DNA of 64,000 bases from an uncultured Chloroflexia bacterium. Its GTDB lineage: Bacteria; Chloroflexota; Limnocylindria; Limnocylindrales; CSP1-4. The stretch's first letter is position 1. Each line of letters starts with the position of its first letter. Shown here in pieces: positions 18,530 to 27,601 of the stretch. The position numbers and the translations under genes are program-made. The stretch lies in NCBI GenBank assembly GCA_963707215.1, contig CAVPPB010000003.1:768001-832000 (forward strand), in the 5' to 3' direction. The notes under the pieces are model-generated. The model did not search any database and was not told the origin of the DNA. It saw only the letters and a program-made list of their open reading frames with translations.

Positions 18530-19681
18530 ATGCCCCTCCTGACCCGCTCCGACATCGCCCGCATGGCCGCCGACGGCCACCACGACCAGGTGTCGATCTA
18601 CCTGCCGACCCATCCGGTCGGCGTGGACGCCGCCCAGGACCCGATCCGCTTCCGCAACCTGCTCGACTGCGCCGAGGAAGCGCTCGAGGCGCACGGCGCC
18701 TCGTCCGCTCGGGTGAGCAGGATCCTCGGGCCGGCCCGCCCGCTCCTCGGCGACCCGTGGTTCTGGCAGCACCAGGCCGATGGACTCGCCGTGTTCCTCG
18801 CCGACGGCGCGATCGAGACGTACCGACTGCCGCTCCGCTTCGACGAGCTCGTCGTCGTGGGGGATCGGCGCCACGTCAAGCCGCTCCTGCCGCTGCTCGA
18901 AACGGACGGTCGCTTCCACATCCTGGCCCTCAGCCAGGCGAGCGTGCGGCTGTTCGAGGCGACCCGCGACGCCATCCGCGAGGTCGACCTCGAGGACGTC
19001 CCAGACAGCCTTCGCGACGTCGTCGGCTACGACTTCGAGCAGCGCACCCTGCAGTTCCACACGGGGACCGGGGGAGGCCGGGGCATGCGGAGCGCGATGT
19101 TCCACGGGCACGGGCAGGTCCAGGACTCCCGCAAGGCGGAGATCGGCCGGTTCCTGCGCGCGGTCGACGAAGGGATCGTCGGACTCCTGGGGCCCGATCC
19201 GGCGCCGCTCGTCCTGGCCGGTGTCGGCTACGTCACCGCGATGTACCGCGACCTCTCGCGGCACCCGGACATCGTCGCTGCCACCATCGAGAGCAATCCC
19301 GACCGGCTGGACGCCCGCGAGCTCCACGCCCTCGCGGTCGGGATCGTCGAGCCCCGGTTCGCCGAGCGCCTTGAGCGAGTCCTCGAGCGGTACCGGGAAG
19401 CCGCCGGGACGGGTCGGGCGACGGCTGACCTCGAGACCGCCCTGGCGGCCGCCGAGGATGGCCGGATCGCCGCCCTGGTCGTCGCGACCGGGGTCCGCCG
19501 CTGGGGCCGCTGGGACCCCCAGGCCAGGAGCGCGGAGCTCCACGATGCGCGCCGGCCGGGCGACCGGGACCTGCTCGACGCGGCGGCCGTCGCCGCGCTC
19601 GGGACGGGCGCGGTGATCCACGCCTGTCCGGCGGAGCGGGTGCCCGGGACCCAGGGGATCGCGGCGATCATGCGCTACTGA
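18530..19681 (+). CDS. Bacterial aeRF1-like protein (baeRF3/7 family, Balon-like)
   Basis: VSIYLPTH..QDPIRFRNLL, GLAVF, HVKPLLP, LALSQ..VRLFE and PLVLAG motifs, C-terminal IAAIMRY, no GGQ. RBS GGAGG. Confidence 0.85.
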   Translation: MPLLTRSDIARMAADGHHDQVSIYLPTHPVGVDAAQDPIRFRNLLDCAEEALEAHGASSARVSRILGPARPLLGDPWFWQHQADGLAVFLADGAIETYRLPLRFDELVVVGDRRHVKPLLPLLETDGRFHILALSQASVRLFEATRDAIREVDLEDVPDSLRDVVGYDFEQRTLQFHTGTGGGRGMRSAMFHGHGQVQDSRKAEIGRFLRAVDEGIVGLLGPDPAPLVLAGVGYVTAMYRDLSRHPDIVAATIESNPDRLDARELHALAVGIVEPRFAERLERVLERYREAAGTGRATADLETALAAAEDGRIAALVVATGVRRWGRWDPQARSAELHDARRPGDRDLLDAAAVAALGTGAVIHACPAERVPGTQGIAAIMRY

Positions 19682-20075
19682 GGCCTCGCGGCCCGGGTGG
19701 ACCGTCGGCCGGGCACCGCCCGGCGAGGTGCGCCTGCGCGTGTAGGCAGCGGCCCGGGGTGGCCGACGTCGCTCGGTCCGACCTGATCCCTGCGCGCCGA
19801 CGGTACTACCCTCCGGGGCCCGCGGCTTTCGCTCGCGGGCACTCACGCGGGCCGTGGTCGCGGCGCATCCGTCACCCCGGACCGGGCAGGATGGTGCGCC
19901 ACGTCACCGGGTCCCCGCCAGAGCCGAACGGCTCACGACCCCGCTTGAGCGGGGGCCGCCCACGTGTAGCCGGCCACCACCATCGGGCGTCCGCGTCGCG
20001 GCACGCGAACCGCCCGGCACGGCCCCAGCTGGCACGGCATCATGAGGGCGGGTCGCTCCGTGAGGAAGGAACGCG

Positions 20076-20573
20076 ATGATCGAGGTCGAGCGTCGGATCC
20101 GGATCGCCAGGTCGCCGGAGCAGGTCTTCGTCCACCTGTCGCGACCCGAGGGCTACCCGGTCTGGCTGCCCGGCGTCCGTCGGGTGGTGGTCGCCGATGA
20201 GGGCCCGGTGGGACCCGGCACACCGGTCTCGCTCGAGTTCGACGGACCGGCCGGGCGCATCCTCGCCGAAGGACGGCTGACCGACGTGGAGCACGATCGT
20301 CGGGTGGCCCTCGAGGCGGCCGCCCAGCAGCTCCGCTTCGATGCCCGGATCGACCTCCGGCCGGTCGACGGCCTCGAGCCGGTGGGCGACGTCGACGTTC
20401 CGGCGCGTCCCGGCGAGGATCCGCCGGTCGACGGGCTCGCCACCGAGCTGACCCTCGCCGTCCGCCTCGAGCTGCGCGGCGGGCTCAGGTTCCTCGAGGG
20501 ACTGGCCCGGGCCCAGGCGATCGGCGAGGTCGGCAAAGCCCTCGAGCGACTCCGGGCCGAGATCGAGACCTAG
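20076..20573 (+). CDS. SRPBCC/polyketide-cyclase-like protein
   Basis: IRIARSPEQVF..L..PE..PVW.PGV START-fold pattern. RBS AAGGA. Confidence 0.75.
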   Translation: MIEVERRIRIARSPEQVFVHLSRPEGYPVWLPGVRRVVVADEGPVGPGTPVSLEFDGPAGRILAEGRLTDVEHDRRVALEAAAQQLRFDARIDLRPVDGLEPVGDVDVPARPGEDPPVDGLATELTLAVRLELRGGLRFLEGLARAQAIGEVGKALERLRAEIET

Positions 20574-20604
20574 GCCGTCGGGACCGCGCGACCACCACCG
20601 AGCC

Positions 20605-22083
20605 TCAACTGAGGTGGCGCAGCTCCGGCCAGATCTCGGCCCAGCCGCGTGGCGGCGGACCGCAGAGCAGCACCGGTAGCCCCTGCTCCTCGTTCGAGAC
20701 CCCGAGCCCGTTGTCGATGGTGGCGAGCGTCCGGCAGGCATGGAACACGTCGCTGAGCCACGCTGCGCCGATCCCGACGACGATGACGGGCGCGGCGTCG
20801 TCGGAAGGCGGGCCCCAGTCGTGGAAGCCCTGGTGGCCCGAGTAGGCCGGCGGCAGGCCCCGCTCCTCGCCCAGCACGACGAGTGCGCCGGCCTCACCGT
20901 AGTTGCCGGTGAACAGGATGGCCCGGGCACGTTCCTCCGGCGTCAGCTCGCCGGCGACCGTTTCGACCGTGTCCACGAGCTCCGGCCAGCCGACCTGCTC
21001 GACCGACTCCGCGTTGAGCTCCGAAACGGCTGCGACCACGGGGGAATCGGCGGGGAGGACGGGCAGCGTGAGCAGGGCCGCGACGACCGCCGAGCCTGCC
21101 GCCAGCGCCGCCGCGGCGACGACGCGAGCCCGTCCCAGGGTCACCCAGGCGGCGACGGGTCCCGCGCCGGCAGCGACGAGGACCGGCAGGTAGCCGACCG
21201 CGTAGTAGCCCTTGCCGCCGGTCACCAGCAGGAGTCCGAGCACCGCCACGTACCCGATGCCGATGGCCCGCCAGGGTCGTCCCTCGGGTCTGACCAGGAG
21301 CCGTTGCAGGCCCACGATGAAGACGGGAGCGACGAGCCCGGCGAGGAGCAGCTGCATGGGGAGCAGGAGGATCCGGTTCTCCGCCCCGTCGCGCTCGCTG
21401 ATGACGCGGCCCATCTCCAACTGCGGCCAGCCGTTGGCCGCCTGCCAGGCGAGGTTCGGAAGCCAGATCACGACCGCGATCCCCACCGCGATCCATACCT
21501 CGGGCCGCCGGAGGACATCCCGCCGCGCCAGCAGCAGCCCGACCGCGAGGCTCGCGCCCAGGAAGACGACGAGATGCTTGTTGAGCAGCCCGATCCCGGC
21601 GACCAGCCCGACCAGGAGCCAGAGGCGGGGATCCGCGCCTCCGAGCAGCCGGACGACCAGCCAGAGGATGACGCTCCAGGCCAGAGCGTCCAGGGTGGCC
21701 GTCGCCAGCAGGTGTCCCCCCAGCAGGACAGCCGGCGAGACCGCCATGGCCACGGCGGCGACCACCTGGGCCGTCCGGCCACCCCCGAGATCGCGGGCCA
21801 TCAACGCGGCGATCACCGTGATCAGGAGCGCGGCCGCTCCGGAGATCAGGCGCAGGCCGACCGGGGTCGGGCCGGTGATCGACTCGGCCAGCGCCGCGAG
21901 GAGCGGCGTGAGAGGTGGCTGGTCCGGGTAGCCCCAGGCCGGATGGCGACCAGCGACGATGAAGTACAGCTCGTCCCGGTGGAAGCCGTACTGCTCGGCG
22001 GTGACCAGGAGGACGGCACCCAGGACGGCCGTGACGGCGAGGACCGGGAGCACCGCGAGTGGTGGACGCTGACGCTCGTTCAC
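20605..22083 (-). CDS. GT39/ArnT-like membrane glycosyltransferase
   Basis: YGFHRDELYF..G.HPAWGYPDQPP, many TM helices, GLLNK and NYGEAGA motifs. Start GTG 22083 with RBS GGAGGT. Confidence 0.88.
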   Translation of the reverse strand: MNERQRPPLAVLPVLAVTAVLGAVLLVTAEQYGFHRDELYFIVAGRHPAWGYPDQPPLTPLLAALAESITGPTPVGLRLISGAAALLITVIAALMARDLGGGRTAQVVAAVAMAVSPAVLLGGHLLATATLDALAWSVILWLVVRLLGGADPRLWLLVGLVAGIGLLNKHLVVFLGASLAVGLLLARRDVLRRPEVWIAVGIAVVIWLPNLAWQAANGWPQLEMGRVISERDGAENRILLLPMQLLLAGLVAPVFIVGLQRLLVRPEGRPWRAIGIGYVAVLGLLLVTGGKGYYAVGYLPVLVAAGAGPVAAWVTLGRARVVAAAALAAGSAVVAALLTLPVLPADSPVVAAVSELNAESVEQVGWPELVDTVETVAGELTPEERARAILFTGNYGEAGALVVLGEERGLPPAYSGHQGFHDWGPPSDDAAPVIVVGIGAAWLSDVFHACRTLATIDNGLGVSNEEQGLPVLLCGPPPRGWAEIWPELRHLS

Positions 22084-22218
22084 GGCTACCTCCCGATCCC
22101 CGCGTGCCCGACCGTGGCAGGCGAGATACGACCAGTCTGACCGCTTTGTCGAGGTGCCCAGGGGCACGCCACCAGCCGTCCGCACACGGGACCACTGGCG
22201 GGTTCGCGCTCCAGGGTG

Positions 22219-22326
22219 TACCGTGCCCACGTCCCCGCGCTGTGTGGGGATGCTCCGCGTGGTCGACCGACTTCTCGAACAGACCGTGCGCCGGCGTATG
22301 AGTTCGAGAAGACGAAAGGGTCAACC
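22219..22326 (+). promoter_or_regulatory. Cold-shock gene promoter and structured 5' leader of about 100 nt
   Basis: -10 TACCGT at 22219. Perfect 10-bp stem CTTCTCGAAC (22271-80) / GTTCGAGAAG (22302-11) next to the RBS. Confidence 0.55.
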
Positions 22327-22530
22327 ATGGCCACCGGAACCATCAAGAAGATCGTCGCGGACCGCGGCTTCGGTTTCATCACCGGAGAGGACGGCAAGGA
22401 CTACTTCTTCCATCGCGACGGACTCGACAGCTCCCTCGACTTCGACCGCCTGGTCGGCGGCGAGCGCGTCGACTTCCAGATCGAGCAGAGCCCCAAGGGC
22501 CCGCGCGCCGCTCAGGTGCGCTCCGCCTAG
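22327..22530 (+). CDS. cspA: Cold-shock domain protein
   Basis: MATGTIKK..DRGFGFI (RNP1), YFFH (RNP2), KGPRAAQV. Confidence 0.95.
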   Translation: MATGTIKKIVADRGFGFITGEDGKDYFFHRDGLDSSLDFDRLVGGERVDFQIEQSPKGPRAAQVRSA

Positions 22531-22590
22531 TCGGCTCCCGCGGCCTCCGGGCCGCGAGACGCTCGCGTCGGCTCCGGCCGACGACCGATC

Positions 22591-22621
22591 CGGCCCCCGG
22601 TCATCCGGGGGCCGTTCGATT
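22591..22621 (+). terminator. Probable intrinsic terminator after csp
   Basis: CGGCCCCCGG-TCAT-CCGGGGGCCG followed by TTCGATT. Confidence 0.55.
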
Positions 22622-22664
22622 CCCTGCCCTGGGCAGCACTCGAGGCACGCTCCGACCCGTGTGG

Positions 22665-22683
22665 TGGTATCGATGTGATATCA
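22665..22683. promoter_or_regulatory. Candidate operator for the RHH regulator
   Basis: Palindrome TGATATCA (22676-83) with a degenerate copy TGGTATCG 11 bp upstream, in front of the SPFH-RHH pair. Confidence 0.55.
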
Positions 22684-22709
22684 TGTGGTCGCCGAAAGGA
22701 GGCCATTCG

Positions 22710-23594
22710 ATGGTCAAGGAGCGCACCACGTTCTCACTTCCCGGGCTACCGATTGCGGTCATCAGCATCGCGGCCGGCATCGCCCTCGTCGCCTGGCCCG
22801 CGTGGCTCGTCTGGCAGATGATCGAGACCCAGGCGTTCGACCTGGCCATCGTCTTCCCGCTGCTGCTCTGGGTCCCGGTGGTCGTCGTGGCCGCGGGCCT
22901 GACGGTCGTGAACCCCAACGAGGCCCGGGCGATCGTCTTCCTGGGCCACTACGCCGGAACCGTCCGCCGCCAGGGCTTCTGGTGGGTCAACCCGTTCACG
23001 CTGCGGCCCAAGATCTCCGTCCGGGTCCGCAACTTCGAGACCGGTCGGCTCAAGGTCAACGACCGCAGCGGCAACCCGATCGAGATCGCCGCCGTCGTCG
23101 TCTGGAGGGTCACCGACACCGCCGAGGCGCTCTTCGAGGTCGATGACTACGAGGGCTTCGTGCACGTCCAGTCCGAGGCCGCCCTCCGCGGGCTGGCCAT
23201 GGCCTACCCGTACGACGCCCATGACGACGAGGTGATGTCGCTCCGCTCCAGCCCGGCCGAGATCTCCGAGCAGCTCAAGACCGAGGTCCAGGACCGTCTC
23301 GAGAAGGCCGGCGTCGAGGTCCTCGAGACGCGCATCAGCCACCTCGCCTACGCGCCCGAGATCGCCAGCGTCATGCTCCGCCGCCAGCAGGCCGAGGCGG
23401 TCATCGCCGCCCGGACCCGCATCGTCGAGGGTGCGGTCGGGATGGTCGAGATGGCCCTCGCGCAGCTCTCGGAGAAGCGCCTCGTCGACCTCGACGAGGA
23501 GCGCAAGGCGACGATGGTCAGCAACCTGCTCGTGGTGCTCTGCAGCGAGCAGCAGACCCAGCCCGTCGTCAACACCGGGACGCTCTACGCGTGA
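22710..23594 (+). CDS. SPFH/Band-7 domain membrane protein
   Basis: [41 protein letters not shown] and VNTGTLY motifs. RBS AAAGGAGG before ATG 22710. Confidence 0.93.
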   Translation: MVKERTTFSLPGLPIAVISIAAGIALVAWPAWLVWQMIETQAFDLAIVFPLLLWVPVVVVAAGLTVVNPNEARAIVFLGHYAGTVRRQGFWWVNPFTLRPKISVRVRNFETGRLKVNDRSGNPIEIAAVVVWRVTDTAEALFEVDDYEGFVHVQSEAALRGLAMAYPYDAHDDEVMSLRSSPAEISEQLKTEVQDRLEKAGVEVLETRISHLAYAPEIASVMLRRQQAEAVIAARTRIVEGAVGMVEMALAQLSEKRLVDLDEERKATMVSNLLVVLCSEQQTQPVVNTGTLYA

Positions 23595-23605
23595 CGCGCT
23601 GACCC

Positions 23606-23794
23606 ATGGCCGGGCGGAAAGCGTTCCTCCTCCGCCTCGATCCGGCGGTCCACGAGGCCCTCGCTCGCTGGGCCGCCGACGACCTGCGAAGCGTCAACGG
23701 CCAGGTCGAGTTCCTGCTCCGGCGGGCGCTCCGCGAGGCGGGGCGCCTGCCGCGGTCACGCGACCGACGGGCGCGCCGACCACCGTCGAGCTAG
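23606..23794 (+). CDS. Arc/ribbon-helix-helix DNA-binding protein
   Basis: RKAFLLRLDP...WA.DDLRSVNGQVEFLL, a typical SPFH partner. Confidence 0.88.
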   Translation: MAGRKAFLLRLDPAVHEALARWAADDLRSVNGQVEFLLRRALREAGRLPRSRDRRARRPPSS

Positions 23795-23846
23795 GACGCC
23801 TGCAACGGCCGAGGCGATCGCGCGTCTCCCACGTCGGAGGCAAGCG

Positions 23847-24347
23847 ATGAGCGCGACCCAGCCGATCAGCACGCCGCACCCGACCGCCGGCGTCGACCGC
23901 AGGATCCTCGTGATCGGCGTCGGGCTGGCCGTCGTGTTCGTCGCCATCCTGGCCCTCGCCCTGGCCCTTGGTGGCCGCCCCGCCTCCTACCCGGCCGGGT
24001 CGCCGGAGGCGGCCTTCCAGGCATTCCTCCAGGCCTCGGAGGGCGGCGACACGGAGACCGCCTACGCGGCGCTCTCGCCGCAGGTCCGCGCGAGGTGGAC
24101 GTATGCAGCCTTCGACCAGCAGCACCGGATGTACCGGAGCGGCGATGAGCGCACGCTCGTCTACATCGACCGGGTCGACGTCGCCGGCGATCGGGCGACC
24201 CTTCGCTTGACCGTCGAGCACCTCTACGGCGAGGGGCTGACCAGCGACCGCTGGACGGAGCACGACGTGCCGGTCCGAATGCTCCTCGTCGACGGGAACT
24301 GGTACGTGGACCAGGCGCTCACCGGGACCCAGGAGATGTACAAGTGA
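23847..24347 (+). CDS. Membrane-anchored hypothetical protein (NTF2-like)
   Basis: One N-terminal TM helix, then SPE..FQAFL.A...D.ETAY..LS and DGNWYV. RBS GGAGG. Confidence 0.7.
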   Translation: MSATQPISTPHPTAGVDRRILVIGVGLAVVFVAILALALALGGRPASYPAGSPEAAFQAFLQASEGGDTETAYAALSPQVRARWTYAAFDQQHRMYRSGDERTLVYIDRVDVAGDRATLRLTVEHLYGEGLTSDRWTEHDVPVRMLLVDGNWYVDQALTGTQEMYK

Positions 24348-24376
24348 CGGCGGTCTGACCGCGGGAGGCGATCGAG

Positions 24377-26035
24377 ATGTCCACCATCCGACGGCTATAC
24401 CTCTATGGCGTCTCGGCCATCGCCCTTGCGCTGCTGGCCGTCGGCGCCGCGAGCCTCCTTGAGCTCGCTTTCGAGCGGATCGGGCGAGCGATCGCGGGCT
24501 CCAGCATCATCGACATCGGGCTGGACCGCGAGCTGCTTGCCCTCTCCGTCGCGCTCCTGCTCGTCGGCCTGCCGCTCTGGCTCGTCCACTGGTGGCTCGC
24601 CGAGCGGTCCGTCCGCCGTGACACCGCCGAGGCCGACGCGGAGCGTCGCTCGGTCGTCCGGGCGGTCTACCTGGCCGGGGTCTGCGCGGTCGGCCTCGGC
24701 TACCTGGCGACGGGGGGCACGGCGCTCGTCGAGACGTTGATCCGCGCCCCGGCCTCCTGGCCGGCCGACCTCGCCGGGCCGCTGGCCCGCACCCTGGTCG
24801 CGCTCGCCGTCCTGGCGTTCCACGTCCGGGCCCGGATCAAGGACACGGCGACCGGCCCGCTCGGCGGGGCAGCGGCATGGCTCGGCCGCCTCTACCTCTA
24901 CGGCGGCGTGGTCGGCGGAGCGTTCGTCGGCCTCTGGGGGGTCTCCCGGACCATCGAGATCGTCGGCAACGAGGTCCTGGGCACCGCCGCCCTGGGTTCC
25001 GGCAACGCCCTCCGGTTCGAGATGGCCAACGCGGTCGCGCTGGTGGTCGTCGGCGGGCTCATCTGCCTCGCCCACGCCTGGTATGCCCGGCGGCTGCCGG
25101 CATTCGCGGGCTGGCGCGGCGAGGCCGAGCGGACCTCGCTCGTCCGGGCGGCGCACGGCGTCATCGCGGTCGGCATCGCGACCGTGATCTCGATCTTCGC
25201 CGCGGCCTCGACCCTCGGCTGGCTCTTCGCCCAGGCCCTGGGGGTGGGCGGATCGGCCGACACGGCACGCGCGATCCAGCAGACCGCCGGTCCGCTCGCC
25301 GCGATGTTGCCGTTCCTCGTCGGCGGCGTCCTCTTCGGGCTCGTCACGGTCCGTGAAGCGGGCGTCTTCCGCGGCCCGGAGGCGGCTGTCGCCGCCCGCA
25401 GGTCGCTGCGGCTGAGTATCGCCGGCATCGGGCTGGCGATCGGATCGGTCGGCCTGGCCCGGGCGCTCGGTATCACCGTCGAGGCCGCCCTCGGGCCGGC
25501 GGTGATCGGTGGGGTCGCCTACCAGGACGAGATCGCCTGGATGCTGCCCTACGCCATCACGGGGCTGTTCACCTGGCTCGTCGCCTGGGCGCTGGTCCTG
25601 CGCGACGGCGCCGCGGACCGACTCGTCGAGGCGCGCTCGCTCGTCCGCCGCGTCTACCTGTACCTCGTCGCAGGGAGCTCGGTGACCGCGGCCGGCCTCG
25701 CGCTGGCCTTCCTGATCTACCAGGGCCTGCGGGTCGCCCTCGACATCGGCTTCGTCGAGGCCTGGGAGCTGAGCCAACCGTTCGTCGTCGTCGGCGTCGG
25801 CGGCACGGTGCTCCTCTACCACCTCTGGGTCCTGCGCGGCGACCTGGCGACACGAACGGCGGCCGAGCCTGCCGAGGTCCCAGCGTCCGCAGGCGTCACG
25901 GCGGTCGTCGAGGAGCTGGTCCTGGAAGGGCCGGCCGGCAGCGACGTCGAGCCGGTCAACCAGGTCCTCCGCCAGCACCTGCCGAGCGGCTGGAGCCTGC
26001 GGGTGGTCCATCACGGGGCAGGCGCGGGGCACTAG
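24377..26035 (+). CDS. Polytopic membrane protein with repeated DUF5671-like units
   Basis: Repeated units IRRLYLY, VRAVYL, GRLYLY and VRRVYLY, plus LPLWLVHW. RBS GGAGG. Confidence 0.78.
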   Translation: MSTIRRLYLYGVSAIALALLAVGAASLLELAFERIGRAIAGSSIIDIGLDRELLALSVALLLVGLPLWLVHWWLAERSVRRDTAEADAERRSVVRAVYLAGVCAVGLGYLATGGTALVETLIRAPASWPADLAGPLARTLVALAVLAFHVRARIKDTATGPLGGAAAWLGRLYLYGGVVGGAFVGLWGVSRTIEIVGNEVLGTAALGSGNALRFEMANAVALVVVGGLICLAHAWYARRLPAFAGWRGEAERTSLVRAAHGVIAVGIATVISIFAAASTLGWLFAQALGVGGSADTARAIQQTAGPLAAMLPFLVGGVLFGLVTVREAGVFRGPEAAVAARRSLRLSIAGIGLAIGSVGLARALGITVEAALGPAVIGGVAYQDEIAWMLPYAITGLFTWLVAWALVLRDGAADRLVEARSLVRRVYLYLVAGSSVTAAGLALAFLIYQGLRVALDIGFVEAWELSQPFVVVGVGGTVLLYHLWVLRGDLATRTAAEPAEVPASAGVTAVVEELVLEGPAGSDVEPVNQVLRQHLPSGWSLRVVHHGAGAGH

Positions 26036-26147
26036 GCGAGGAGCGCGGCGGCGGCTCCGCCAGGTGGCTTGGCAGCACGCCCCACATCCGGCACGATGCC
26101 CGGGCCGGCGGTCGTCGGCCGCGTCCTGCACCACGGAGAGCACCCAG

Positions 26148-26465
26148 ATGGCCAAGTACCTGCTCGCGTACCACGGCGGCAGCAACCCCGAGTCGGAGGA
26201 GGAAGGAGCCCGGGTCATGGCGGCCTGGACCTCCTGGTTCGAGCGGCTTGGCGCCGCGGTCATCGACGGGGGCGATCCCGTCGGCGCGACGATGACCCTC
26301 GCTGCGGACGGCACGACCCGCGAGGGCGCCACCGACCCGGTCACCGGCTACAGCCTCGTCGAGGCACCGGACATGGCGGCGGCGATCGAGCTGGCCAGGG
26401 GCTGCCCGATCCTGGAGGACCCCTCGGGCTCCATCGAGATCTGCGAGACGTTCCAGGTCATGTAG
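26148..26465 (+). CDS. YciI/DGPF-family protein
   Basis: MAKYLLAYHGG...W..WF...TGYSLVEA.D..AA.ELARGCP...IEI. Confidence 0.82.
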   Translation: MAKYLLAYHGGSNPESEEEGARVMAAWTSWFERLGAAVIDGGDPVGATMTLAADGTTREGATDPVTGYSLVEAPDMAAAIELARGCPILEDPSGSIEICETFQVM

Positions 26466-26560
26466 CGGGCGGCGCGCGCACGCGCCCGAGCCCGCGTCCT
26501 TCGACCCTTGCCGCCCATCGGCCCTTGCCGCCGCGTTGCCCGTCCACGCACCATCGGCGC

Positions 26561-27601
26561 ATGGCCGACTGGCGCGCGCGGCTGAACGCCGATCCCCTGC
26601 CCTGGCTGCTCGACGAGGCAGACCCGGCGGTCCGCCATCGGGCGCTCCGGGAGCTGCTCGACCGGCCGGTCGACGACCCGGAGGTGGTCGCCACCCGAGA
26701 GTCCTCCATGACGACCGACCCGATCGCCGCGATCCTGGCCGCCCAGGACCCCGAGGGCTGGTGGATCAAGCCGGGTGGCGGCTACTCCCCCAAGTACAGC
26801 GGCACCGTCTGGTCGCTCGTCTTCCTCGACCAGCTCGGGGCCGACGGCGCCGACCCCCGCATCCGGCGCGGCTGCACGTACCTGCTGGAGCACACGAGCG
26901 CGCCCGGCGGCGGCTTCGGCTGGTCCGGCGGGGTCAAGCGGCCGGCCGACTCGACCGTCGCCCACTGCCTCAACGGGAACCTGCTGCGGGCGCTGCTCGC
27001 CTTCGGCTGGCTGGACGACGAGCGGGTCCAGCGCTCCCTTGCCTGGCAGGCGGCGTCGATCACCGGCGAGGGCGAGATCCGCTGGTACCGCTCGGCCACC
27101 TCGGGGCCCGGTTTCGAGTGCGCCGTCAACGAGCATCTGCCCTGCGGCTGGGGCGCGGCCAAGGCTGTCCTCGCGCTCGCTCGCGTGCCCACGGAGGCGC
27201 GGACGCCGAAGATCGAGCGCGCGCTGGACGCCGGCGTCGAGTTCCTGCTCTCGGTGGACCCCGCGACCGCCATGTACCCGATGGGCTGGGGCAACATCAA
27301 GCCGAACGCGAGCTGGTGGAAGCTCGGCTTCCCCAGCGGCTACGTCGCCGACGTGCTCCAGGTCATGGAGGCGGTGGCCGAGGCGGGCGCGGCCGGCGAC
27401 CCGCGCCTGGCGCCCGCGATCGAGTGGCTGCTGGGCCGACAGGACGCCGAGGGCCGCTGGAAGAACCGCTACGACTACCGCGGCAAGATGAACATCGACA
27501 TCGACACCGGCGGACAACCGAGCCGCTGGGTCACGCTCCGCGCCTGCCGGGTCCTGAAGATGGCGGCGGAGGCGGTCGACACCACGGAACGCGGTCCATG
27601 A
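26561..27601 (+). CDS. Prenyltransferase/squalene-cyclase-repeat (alpha/alpha barrel) protein
   Basis: QW-like repeats LAAQDPEGWW and LLGRQDAEGRW, plus YSPKY..TVW and PSRWVTLRA. Confidence 0.75.
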   Translation: MADWRARLNADPLPWLLDEADPAVRHRALRELLDRPVDDPEVVATRESSMTTDPIAAILAAQDPEGWWIKPGGGYSPKYSGTVWSLVFLDQLGADGADPRIRRGCTYLLEHTSAPGGGFGWSGGVKRPADSTVAHCLNGNLLRALLAFGWLDDERVQRSLAWQAASITGEGEIRWYRSATSGPGFECAVNEHLPCGWGAAKAVLALARVPTEARTPKIERALDAGVEFLLSVDPATAMYPMGWGNIKPNASWWKLGFPSGYVADVLQVMEAVAEAGAAGDPRLAPAIEWLLGRQDAEGRWKNRYDYRGKMNIDIDTGGQPSRWVTLRACRVLKMAAEAVDTTERGP

